Shown: positions 8,624-15,860 of the stretch, in pieces | Layout: every line of letters starts with the position of its first letter | Numbering within the stretch: the first letter of the stretch is position 1 | Source of the DNA: an uncultured delta proteobacterium | Lineage (GTDB): Bacteria; Desulfobacterota; Syntrophorhabdia; Syntrophorhabdales; WCHB1-27 | DNA length: 32,000 bases | Direction of reading: 5' to 3' | Assembly: GCA_963816715.1 (NCBI GenBank) | Contig: CAWFMJ010000024.1 | Span: 14,111 to 46,110, forward strand | Position numbers and translations under genes: made by a program | Notes under the pieces: generated by a model | The model's input: only the letters and a program-made list of their open reading frames with translations | What the model was told of the DNA's origin: nothing | Databases searched by the model: none

Positions 8624-10651
8624 ATGCAAGATAATCGTATGTCTGGAGAACCTGATAGAAAAGAGGCCCTTCGCAAACCGAAAAAACAATACTGCAGGCC
8701 TTTCGAAACGTTGCCCGACGGATTCGCCTCGGTAGACCTGAATGGACGGATTATTGACAGTAACCCTACTTTCCAGGCGATGGTGGGATATACTCGCGAA
8801 GAACTCTCCGGCCTTTCGTATCATCGACTAACCCCCGAGAAGTGGCACGCCCGTGCGGACAAGATCATCAGGGAGCAGGTATTGAAGAGGGGCTATTCCG
8901 GGGTCTGCGAGATGGAGTGCCTGAGAAAAGACGGAACGGTTTTGCTCGTCGAGGTCAGAGCCCACCTCCTCAAGGATGAAAGCAGCGGCCCCGCGGAGAT
9001 ATGGGGGTTTATCAGGAACACTGCCAAGCGCAAAAACATGGAAGAGACTGTGCGGGAAAGCGAGGAGAAGTTCAGACTCCTTTTTGAGAAGTCGGTCGAC
9101 GCCGCGCTCCTCCTGGATGGGGATACGTTCGTAGACTGCAACGAGGCTGCCTTAGAGCTCATGCGTTGTACGGCAAAGAACCAGCTCGTGGGGCTTCGTC
9201 CCTCCGACATCTCCCCGGAGAGACAGCCCGACGGCCGCTTATCTTCAGAAAAAGCCGAGGAACTCGCCGATGTCGCCCTGGGGGAGGGCGTCAGCCGTTT
9301 CGAATGGGTGCACCGGAATTTTTCCGGCGAAGAGCTCTGGATCGAAGTCTCTCTCACCGGCATTCCCATTCGAGGAAAACAGATGATGTACACGGTGTGG
9401 AGGGATATCGCCGAACGCAAGAAGGCCGAGGCTCGGCTGAGGGAATCTGAGGAGCGTTACCGGATAGCCGTTGAACATTCCAACGACGGAGTGGCTATTG
9501 TCAGCGGGCAAAGAAACGTATACGCGAATCAGAAATTTCTTGACATTCTCGGCTACGAGAGACCTGAGGAGATTATTGAAGAATCTCGTCTGCTCGGCGC
9601 GCACCCCGACGATCGGGAGATGGTGGCGGAGTATGCTCGCCGAAGGGAGCAAGGAGAGTCGGCGCCCCTGCGTTATGAATTCAAGGGGATGCGGAAGGAC
9701 GGCACGAAGCTCGACATGGAAGCTTCTGTTGCCTGCATCACTTACCACGGGAAACCAGCCTCACTCGCCTATCTCAGGGATATAACGGAGCGTAAGCTGG
9801 CGGAAGCGGAATTCAGGAGAAGCGAAGAGAGATACCGGAAGATTTTTGAGAATGCCATCGAGGGCATCTTTCAGACTACTCCTGAGGGGAGATTTTTGAA
9901 CGCCAACCCTGCTCTCGCCAGGATGTTCGGGTACGAATCGCCCGAAGAACTCATGGAAAAAGTCACCGACGTGGGGTGTCAACTTTACGCGGGTCCGGAA
10001 GACCGCGAGAACATCATAGCCTTCGTCCAGAAGCAGGGCGTCCTGAGAAACGTCGAGCTGCAGTTTCTGCACAAGGAAGGATTCAAGATCTGGGTCTCAT
10101 TAAACTACAATACGATTCAGGACGCGGACGGGAACACGCTCTATTATGAAGGAACATGCATAGATATCTCCGAACGCAAGCTTGCCGAGGAAGCGCTCAA
10201 GAAAAGGGAGAAAGAACTGGAGATCAAGTCCCTGAACCTGGAAGAGGCCAATACGGCGCTAAAGGTGTTGCTGAAACACAGACAAGAGGATAAGACAGCG
10301 CTCGAAAACACAATCCTCGCTAATGTCAGGGAAATGGTCTTTCCCTATATTGAGAAGCTGAAAGGCAGCCATCTCGGTGATAATCAGTTGACCTACTTGA
10401 ATATTCTGGAGTCGAGTTTGAATGAAATTGTTACGCCCCTTTCGCAGAAGATGGCCGCAGGCTACGCCCGCTTTACACTGATGGAGATTCAGGTAGCGAC
10501 ACTGACCAGAGCCGGAAAGACGAGCAAAGAAATCTCGGGGCTTCTTGGCTTGTCCAAGCGTACCATTGACACCCATAAGAATAACATGAGAAAGAAACTC
10601 GAACTGAGCAATAAGAAAGTCAATCTGCAGGCCTATCTGAGGACCATGTAG
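8624..10651 (+). CDS. PAS-domain (x4) LuxR-family transcriptional regulator, one-component type
   Basis: Four PAS-like repeats are present. The last three end in DI(A/T/S)ERK(K/L)AE; the first ends in FIRNTAKRK. A coiled-coil linker follows, then a C-terminal LuxR/GerE helix-turn-helix (TLMEIQVATLTRAGKTSKEISGLLGLSKRTIDTHKNNMRKKLEL). The start is ambiguous: GTG 8615, ATG 8624 or ATG 8639. Confidence 0.8.
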   Translation: MQDNRMSGEPDRKEALRKPKKQYCRPFETLPDGFASVDLNGRIIDSNPTFQAMVGYTREELSGLSYHRLTPEKWHARADKIIREQVLKRGYSGVCEMECLRKDGTVLLVEVRAHLLKDESSGPAEIWGFIRNTAKRKNMEETVRESEEKFRLLFEKSVDAALLLDGDTFVDCNEAALELMRCTAKNQLVGLRPSDISPERQPDGRLSSEKAEELADVALGEGVSRFEWVHRNFSGEELWIEVSLTGIPIRGKQMMYTVWRDIAERKKAEARLRESEERYRIAVEHSNDGVAIVSGQRNVYANQKFLDILGYERPEEIIEESRLLGAHPDDREMVAEYARRREQGESAPLRYEFKGMRKDGTKLDMEASVACITYHGKPASLAYLRDITERKLAEAEFRRSEERYRKIFENAIEGIFQTTPEGRFLNANPALARMFGYESPEELMEKVTDVGCQLYAGPEDRENIIAFVQKQGVLRNVELQFLHKEGFKIWVSLNYNTIQDADGNTLYYEGTCIDISERKLAEEALKKREKELEIKSLNLEEANTALKVLLKHRQEDKTALENTILANVREMVFPYIEKLKGSHLGDNQLTYLNILESSLNEIVTPLSQKMAAGYARFTLMEIQVATLTRAGKTSKEISGLLGLSKRTIDTHKNNMRKKLELSNKKVNLQAYLRTM

Positions 10652-10991
10652 CGGTCTGCGCAATGTACCGGCCTGGTAAACGCAGATTCTGCCCCGGATA
10701 AGCTTGTTCCGGATAGCCCGCCCCTCGTTCACGTTCTTCGAGATACGTAGGATGACCTACGTACTAACTACGCATAAATCCAGTATGCACGGACCTTGAT
10801 TTATTACAGCGAATTCCGAAGACCTATCCATGGCGCGATTCAATGGCCAATCGGGGAAGGTCCCGCGGCGGACATTGTGGTCGAAGGCAACGCTGGGAAG
10901 GAAGGGCGCTAATCGTGGACCACGCGAAGGTTTTGAGAGACGCGGACAAGGATGACGCCATCCAAAAGAACAGACAAGGGAGAAGAACGAC

Positions 10992-13196
10992 ATGAGTCTG
11001 AGAAACGTGAAGATCGGAAAGAAGCTCGGTTTCGGATTCGGAATCATCGTACTCCTGATGGTCGTGCTGACAGTAATAGGCGTATCTGGACTGGCGAGCA
11101 TGAAAGGAAAGCTTGACCGGATCGTCAACGTGAACAATGCGCGCATCGAATATGGGAACCGCCTCATACTGGCCGTCGATGACATCATCTTGAATCAGCC
11201 CGAGCTGATCACTTCGAAGTCTGCCGCCAAGAAGGAGGAGGTGAAAAGCAAGATCGAAAGAGCCAGGGCTGAGTACGGGGAGGCCTTGGGCAATCTCGAA
11301 AAACTCCTGGATACGCAGAAGGAAAGAGACCTTGTTAACGCGATAAAGCAGATGATCGCGGGCGCCAAGGAGTCTAACAACAGGATGATGGAGCTGAGCC
11401 TCAACAACGAGATAAACGAGGCGCTCTCGGTTTACTCGAGTCAGGCGCGACCGATGGGAGAAAAAGTGCGGCAGGCGTGCGAGGAATTCATCAGCCTACA
11501 GCAGACGTTGAACAGAACCAGGTACGAAGAGACGGTGGCAACGTGCGCTTTCATCGAGACTTTTCTTATTTTCGTTGCTGGGCTTGCGGTGCTTCTGGGA
11601 ATATCGGCGGCGTACGTTCTCACCCGCATGATCAAGATCCCGCTTCAACACTTGGTGGAGGCCACGGATAAGCTTGCCGCCGGCGACCTCAACATCGCTA
11701 TTGAGTCGGATGCGGACGACGAGATCGGCATGCTCTCCCGTTCTTTTGAACGTATGGTCGGAAATGTGCGCAATTCTGCAGCGGCGTTAGAACAGATAGC
11801 GCGCGGGAACCTGGACATTGACCTCGAGGTCAGATCGGATAATGATCTCCTCAACAAGAACCTCCATACGATGGTTGCAACTCTGAAGAGCGTTAATGAC
11901 GAGATGAATAAGCTTTATCGGGAGCAGAAAGCGGGGGATATCGAGTACCTTATCCCTGTCGACAAATTTGCCGGCGCCTATGAACAGGTGGCGATGGGCG
12001 TAAACGAGGCCGTCAAGCTGCACGTCGATAATGTTCTCAAGATACTCGGCATTTTGTCTTCCTACGCCGAAGGTGATTTCTCGCCAGTTCTCGAGAAACT
12101 TCCCGGCAAGCAGATAATAGCGAACGAGAAGATGGATGCGCTGAGAGATTCCATGAACGAGGTTTCCCGCATTGCCGAAGAGATCGCATCGGGCAACCTC
12201 GTGCTCACGGTGAAAGAGCGCTCAGCCAAAGACGATCTGATGCGATCCTTTGCTGTCATGGTCGCAAAGCTGACCGAAATCGTCAACAGCGTGAAGACCG
12301 CCGCAGACAACGTAGCCGCCGGAAGCGAACAGATGAGCGCAAGCTCCCAACAGGTGTCCCAGGGCGCGACCGAGCAGGCTGCATCCGCTGAGGAAGTTTC
12401 ATCATCTATGGAACAGATGGTCTCCAATATCAGGCAGAACGCCGACAATGCGCAGCAGACCGAAAGGATCGCCCTGAAGGCCGCGCAGGACGCGGAGAAA
12501 GGGGGCGGGGCAGTCATAGAGACAGTAGCCGCCATGAAGGAAATCGCCACGAAGATCACGATAATAGAGGAGATTGCCCGCCAGACGAACCTTCTCGCCT
12601 TGAACGCCGCCATCGAGGCTGCCCGTGCAGGGGAACACGGCAAGGGTTTTGCTGTCGTAGCCGCCGAGGTCCGGAAGCTTGCCGAGAGAAGCCAGGTAGC
12701 AGCCGGCGAGATAAGCAAGCTGTCAGCCTCCAGCGTTGATGTGGCGGAGAAAGCCGGCGAAATGCTCGCCAAGATCGTTCCCGATATCCAAAAAACCGCA
12801 GAATTGGTCAGCGAAATCAACGCCGCAAGCAACGAACAGAACGCCGGAGCTGAGCAGATCAACAAGGCGATTCAGCAGTTGGACCAGGTTATCCAACAGA
12901 ATGCTTCGGCAACAGAGGAGATGGCGTCGACCTGTGAGGAGCTGTCCGGCCAGGCAGGTCAGTTGCAGGATACGGTCGAGTTTTTCAAGGTAGCGGACAG
13001 CGGAGCGGCAGAGCGGCACAAGAGCAGAGGGGTTCAAGGAGGAGGGGCAAAAGGAGCGAATGCTTCTCCACGCCCCCTCGTCGACTCTCCCACGCAAGCG
13101 TCGAGAGATGGAAAAGGCAGCGGCAAGCACGGCAGCATCGCCCTGGACCTGGACAGCGGGAAAGACAAGTTGGACGACGATTTCGAGAGATTCTAG
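10992..13196 (+). CDS. Methyl-accepting chemotaxis protein (4HB/HAMP-containing)
   Basis: The N-terminal TM segment ([21 protein letters not shown]) is followed by a periplasmic helical region, a second TM and HAMP ([29 protein letters not shown]). The highly conserved MCP signalling hairpin is present ([42 protein letters not shown]). RBS AGGGAG. Confidence 0.92.
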   Translation: MSLRNVKIGKKLGFGFGIIVLLMVVLTVIGVSGLASMKGKLDRIVNVNNARIEYGNRLILAVDDIILNQPELITSKSAAKKEEVKSKIERARAEYGEALGNLEKLLDTQKERDLVNAIKQMIAGAKESNNRMMELSLNNEINEALSVYSSQARPMGEKVRQACEEFISLQQTLNRTRYEETVATCAFIETFLIFVAGLAVLLGISAAYVLTRMIKIPLQHLVEATDKLAAGDLNIAIESDADDEIGMLSRSFERMVGNVRNSAAALEQIARGNLDIDLEVRSDNDLLNKNLHTMVATLKSVNDEMNKLYREQKAGDIEYLIPVDKFAGAYEQVAMGVNEAVKLHVDNVLKILGILSSYAEGDFSPVLEKLPGKQIIANEKMDALRDSMNEVSRIAEEIASGNLVLTVKERSAKDDLMRSFAVMVAKLTEIVNSVKTAADNVAAGSEQMSASSQQVSQGATEQAASAEEVSSSMEQMVSNIRQNADNAQQTERIALKAAQDAEKGGGAVIETVAAMKEIATKITIIEEIARQTNLLALNAAIEAARAGEHGKGFAVVAAEVRKLAERSQVAAGEISKLSASSVDVAEKAGEMLAKIVPDIQKTAELVSEINAASNEQNAGAEQINKAIQQLDQVIQQNASATEEMASTCEELSGQAGQLQDTVEFFKVADSGAAERHKSRGVQGGGAKGANASPRPLVDSPTQASRDGKGSGKHGSIALDLDSGKDKLDDDFERF

Positions 13197-13433
13197 GGCA
13201 AAGGCGGCAGGGGCCGAGGCTTTTTCAGGCCCCCTTGCCCCCTGAACCCACTTTTCCAATAGGGAGGCTAACGAAGAGCGTGCCGTGTGCTTCGTGGCGT
13301 CAACAAAAGCGAGACTTTGCGAGCGCAGGAATGAAACCTGCGACCCACCCATGACCCTTCCAGACTACACCTTATTGAATTTATTGAGTATAAATGGCGG
13401 AGGGAGAGGGGAATTCGAACCCGGGCCTGCTTG

Positions 13434-13871
13434 TCAGGGTGATTCGTACAGCGATTCGGGCAGCGATTCTATATACGCCTTGATCTCGTCTCGCACGCGC
13501 CGGTAGTGCCGCATGGCCTGCTCTTTGTCCGGGGCGTCTTTTGCGAGCCGGGGCGGATCCTCAAAACTGCGGTGGATGAGAGCCGTTTTGGCGGGGAAGA
13601 AGGGACAGGTCTGCTGGGCATCGTCGCAGAGGGTGATGACGTAATCAAACTCCCTATCGCCCAGCTCTGCCACCGATTTGGACCGCTGCCCGGAGATATC
13701 AACGCCTGCTTCCTCCATGGCCCGCACGGCCCGTGGATCGACGCCTTGAGGCTGGGTTCCCGCCGAGTACGCTTCCAGAATGTCTGCCTTCAAGCGTTTT
13801 GCCCATCCTTCGGCCATCTGGCTGCGGCAGGAATTGCCCGTACAAAGGAACAACACTTTCAGTTTCCGCAT
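13434..13871 (-). CDS. arsC: Arsenate reductase, thioredoxin-coupled LMW-PTPase type
   Basis: P-loop LFLCTGNSCRSQMAEG (CX5R). The downstream Cys pair VITLCDDAQQTCP matches the C10/C82/C89 architecture of pI258-type ArsC. Confidence 0.9.
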   Translation of the reverse strand: MRKLKVLFLCTGNSCRSQMAEGWAKRLKADILEAYSAGTQPQGVDPRAVRAMEEAGVDISGQRSKSVAELGDREFDYVITLCDDAQQTCPFFPAKTALIHRSFEDPPRLAKDAPDKEQAMRHYRRVRDEIKAYIESLPESLYESP

Positions 13872-13926
13872 GACCTGCTCCGAAAGTCATCCTGCTGAAT
13901 CTTACAGGAATGGCGCCGCCCAATCT

Positions 13927-14229
13927 TTACTGACAGGAGGGGCAGCCGTCGTCATCCACGACGCAACAGGCCTTCTTTCTGCCAAGCATCTTGTTGAGTA
14001 GGCCCGCTGCACAGCCCACACCCGCCCTCACGTTCAGGGAGCCGCTCGGGCAGTTCTGCCGGCAGGCGCCGCACTCGATGCACGCGTCCCGGGAGGCGAC
14101 TTCGATCTTCCCGTTCACAGGCCGGAACACCTCGCGCGGGCAGACGGCAAGGCACATGCCGCAGCCCGTGCACCGGGAAGCGTCAAAGGCGAGAGTGACC
14201 ACATCTTCAAGGTAGAGCAAGGGACGCAT
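13927..14229 (-). CDS. hgcB: HgcB, 2x[4Fe-4S] ferredoxin partner of HgcA
   Basis: This 100-aa ORF starts at ATG 14229 and is the C-terminal part of the track's 352-aa ORF. It has two ferredoxin motifs, CTGCGMCLAVCP and CIECGACRQNCP; the second contains the HgcB signature C(M/I)ECGA. A single Cys lies at residue 73 (GVGCAAG) and a vicinal CC at 88-89. The start lies 5 nt after the hgcA stop. Confidence 0.85.
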   Translation of the reverse strand: MRPLLYLEDVVTLAFDASRCTGCGMCLAVCPREVFRPVNGKIEVASRDACIECGACRQNCPSGSLNVRAGVGCAAGLLNKMLGRKKACCVVDDDGCPSCQ

Positions 14230-14234
14230 GGCTT

Positions 14235-15152
14235 CTACCCTCCCATCGCTGCGGCGGCGATCCACAGAGCGAGGCCCACGGTCATCCCCCCTACTTCGAG
14301 GGGAAGGGCAAGACGCATCTCCTTCTGAACTCCGGAGAGCGACGTATACGTGGAGGCGCCGGTAAAGTTCATCGCCAAAAATGCAGCCAAAGCGGGAATG
14401 GAGAAGAGCTGGGCGAGAGCAGCGGCCACGCCGGGATGCAGGAAGGCGTTGTTGAACGCGAGGGCGCAAAGGGCGAACAGGAAACCCGGGCCGAGGCCCT
14501 TTGTCGAGAAGGCCCTGCCGGGCAGCCAGGGGAGAAGAAGGGGGGCAAGGGTCGCTCCGGCAAGGATCGAGGCGCCGAGGGAAACGGCAGCCGGCAAGAT
14601 CCAGTATGCCGCCTTCGATACAGAGAAGCCGGAAACAAGGAAGAAAAGGATGGAGAGCCCCGCCGCCGCGAGGATACCCCACTTGAGGCCGGGCACAACC
14701 TCCATGGGGACCAGGGCGAGCCTCTCGTTGAGACAAAAATCCTTTGTCCGCATCCGGCCCGTTGCCTTCAGACCGTTTTTGAGGAAGGCAGGCAGGTCGT
14801 CCGCGCGGACCGGGCCGTAAACCACCTGAAAACCGGAGCGCTGCCTTACAACGTGTGCCGATACGCCGGGCGCGCCCAACTGCGGCACGATAAGGCGCCG
14901 ATGGGATACGATGGCCGCGAGGCCGCTCGACTCGATGCGCTCCACCAGCTCGTCCGTCCCGAACGTGCCCTTTCCCGCTGCGCACCAGACGTTAATCCCC
15001 TGCGTGTCGAGGACGAGGATCCACCCATCTATCCCGGCGAGGGCCCTTCTGAGGAGGTCGAAGGTCATCTTGTAGTTCGCGGTCACAAAAACCGGCGATT
15101 CCGGACGGGCAGTTCCTATCCCATACAGGCCGGGCTCGACCGCGTAGCGCAT
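14235..15152 (-). CDS. hgcA: HgcA, corrinoid mercury-methylation protein (minimal ORF from the first in-frame ATG; the true N-terminus very likely lies upstream, see 15153-15359)
   Basis: The diagnostic cap-helix motif GINVWCAAGKGTFGT is present, corresponding to N(V/I)WCA(A/G)GK. The corrinoid-binding-domain-like N-half (VFVTANYKMTFDLLRRAL, WILVLDT) is followed by about 5 hydrophobic helices. It sits directly upstream of hgcB. Confidence 0.88.
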   Translation of the reverse strand: MRYAVEPGLYGIGTARPESPVFVTANYKMTFDLLRRALAGIDGWILVLDTQGINVWCAAGKGTFGTDELVERIESSGLAAIVSHRRLIVPQLGAPGVSAHVVRQRSGFQVVYGPVRADDLPAFLKNGLKATGRMRTKDFCLNERLALVPMEVVPGLKWGILAAAGLSILFFLVSGFSVSKAAYWILPAAVSLGASILAGATLAPLLLPWLPGRAFSTKGLGPGFLFALCALAFNNAFLHPGVAAALAQLFSIPALAAFLAMNFTGASTYTSLSGVQKEMRLALPLEVGGMTVGLALWIAAAAMGG

Positions 15153-15359
15153 GCGTCCGATCCCCCATCGCGCCTTGAAGGCGCCGAGTCGGTCAGACCC
15201 GCTAAAAATCTGCGATACCCGAGGGACGGCGCCGACGCCGGTCTCTATCGAACCCGTGACGAAAGCCTGATCGAAGCGCGGAGGACTCGCCTGAGCCCTT
15301 TGCTTCGGTCCTCAACAGGCTTTCGCGGCAGGCGTCTTGATCTGGCACAAGGTTTCCAT
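15153..15359 (-). other. hgcA: In-frame upstream extension of hgcA containing a TGA codon (15312-15314); candidate selenocysteine recoding, or alternatively a nonsense lesion
   Basis: Hand translation of the minus strand gives ATG(15359-15357) ETLCQIKTPAAKAC-TGA-GPKQRAQASPPRFDQAFVTGSIETGVGAVPRVSQIFSGSDRLGAFKARWGIGR-ATG(15152). There is no ATG, GTG or TTG between the TGA and 15152. From memory of HgcA homologues, this stretch looks like conserved HgcA N-terminal sequence. Confidence 0.5.
15272..15307 (-). promoter_or_regulatory. SECIS-like bipartite hairpin starting 4 nt after the in-frame UGA of hgcA
   Basis: The mRNA reads UGAGGAC-CGAAGC-AA-AGGGCUC-AGGC-GAGUCCU-CCGC-GCUUCG. The lower stem is 6 bp (CGAAGC/GCUUCG). 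The upper stem is 7 bp (AGGGCUC/GAGUCCU, with one G-U pair). The apical tetraloop AGGC places GG at nt +24/+25 counted from the U of UGA. This is comparable to the loop G23/U24 position in the E. coli fdhF SECIS. Folded by hand only. Confidence 0.35.
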
Positions 15360-15366
15360 ATTTTCA

Positions 15367-15395
15367 AACATAAACGCTTTCGACGTCCCTGTCAA
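15367..15395 (-). promoter_or_regulatory. Sigma70-type promoter candidate for hgcA (TTGACA-N17-TATGTT)
   Basis: On the minus strand, the -35 TTGACA is at 15395-15390, followed by a 17-nt spacer and the -10 TATGTT at 15372-15367. The ATG at 15359 begins 8 nt after the -10 hexamer, which implies a leaderless or near-leaderless transcript. Confidence 0.35.
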
Positions 15396-15400
15396 GAGGA

Positions 15401-15497
15401 TATATAAACTATTTTAGATGTGAGGTAACTATTTGATTGACCTGGGCCACGATATGCGTTATCAATATTAATCATACTTGATGTAAGCGGAGGGAAA
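15401..15497. promoter_or_regulatory. AT-rich divergent control region between hgcA and arsR, with candidate arsR promoter and operator repeats
   Basis: Plus-strand TTGACC (15437-15442), N17, TATCAA (15460-15465), with RBS GGAGGG at 15489-15494. An inverted repeat ATCAA-N12-TTGAT (15461-15482) overlaps the -10. The direct repeat AACTATTT occurs at 15407 and 15427, 20 nt apart. Confidence 0.35.
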
Positions 15498-15860
15498 ATG
15501 GATGAGCTCCTATCCTTATTCAAAGCGCTGTCGGACGAAACGAGGTTGAGGATAGTAAAGCTCCTGGAGAACGGCGAGCTTTGTGTATGCCATCTCGTGG
15601 CCGCTGTCGACATGTCCCAGCCGAAGGTTTCGTTCCACCTCAAGGTACTGAAGGGGGCGGGGCTGATCAAGGACAGGCGCGAGGGGAAATGGATGTATTA
15701 TCGCCTCAATGAATCGGACCTGTTCAAACGACTCCTTTTTCTGTCCGTCGCCGACCGGGTCCGGGAGGAAGAGATGGCGGCCGACCACGCAAGACTCGAC
15801 GCGTTCAGGACGCCGCGCGCGGATGGGGACCCTGGGACCGGTTGCTGTGTGGGGGCATGA
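15498..15860 (+). CDS. arsR: ArsR/SmtB-family metalloregulator
   Basis: [50 protein letters not shown] is a winged HTH carrying the type-1 As(III) site ELCVC(D/H)L. An additional vicinal CC lies near the C-terminus (GTGCCVGA). Confidence 0.9.
   Translation: MDELLSLFKALSDETRLRIVKLLENGELCVCHLVAAVDMSQPKVSFHLKVLKGAGLIKDRREGKWMYYRLNESDLFKRLLFLSVADRVREEEMAADHARLDAFRTPRADGDPGTGCCVGA

Noticed and set aside
7802-8824. 340-aa minus-strand ORF antisense to the enoyl-CoA hydratase gene
   Set aside because: It overlaps a well-supported plus-strand CDS and has no recognisable domain or RBS. It is a GC-rich antisense artefact. The same reasoning applies to 387-1382, 1416-2177, 2991-3743, 3586-4368, 16115-16708, 19014-19745, 20036-21040, 21386-22102, 22832-23824, 24328-25149 and 30596-31396.
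12062-12865. 267-aa minus-strand ORF antisense to the MCP signalling domain
   Set aside because: It is a mirror-image low-complexity Ala/Ser-rich translation of the Ala/Glu/Gln-rich MCP coiled coil. It is not an independent gene.
13210-13233. GGGGCC-N12-GGCCCC hairpin between the convergent MCP and arsC genes as a bidirectional terminator
   Set aside because: The 6-bp GC stem is real, but the loop is 12 nt and neither strand has a trailing U-tract. This is insufficient to call it a terminator.
13411-13425. GAATTCGAACCCGGG, consecutive EcoRI/BstBI/SmaI sites resembling a cloning polylinker
   Set aside because: The restriction sites arise from the tRNA T-loop-like TTCGAA core in GC-rich context. 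There are no other vector-like features nearby.
13395-13430. tRNA-3'-end-like sequence on the minus strand (…GGGTTCGAATTCCCCTCTCCCTCCGCCA), 4 nt after the arsC stop
   Set aside because: It has a TTCGAAT T-loop-like core and a terminal GCCA. However, the T-stem does not pair (3 bp at best), the spacing to CCA is 2 nt too long for a standard tRNA, and no complementary 5' acceptor strand (GGAGGGA) exists upstream, where arsC coding sequence lies. It is not a tRNA gene. At most it is a decayed att-site-like tRNA fragment, and it is mentioned only as weak support for an island boundary.
13927-14985. 352-aa minus-strand ORF in the track
   Set aside because: Only its last 100 codons (ATG 14229 onward) form the HgcB ferredoxin. 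The upstream 250 codons overlap hgcA out of frame and are Arg/Pro/Gly-rich, with no recognisable domain. This is typical of spurious ORFs in GC-rich DNA.
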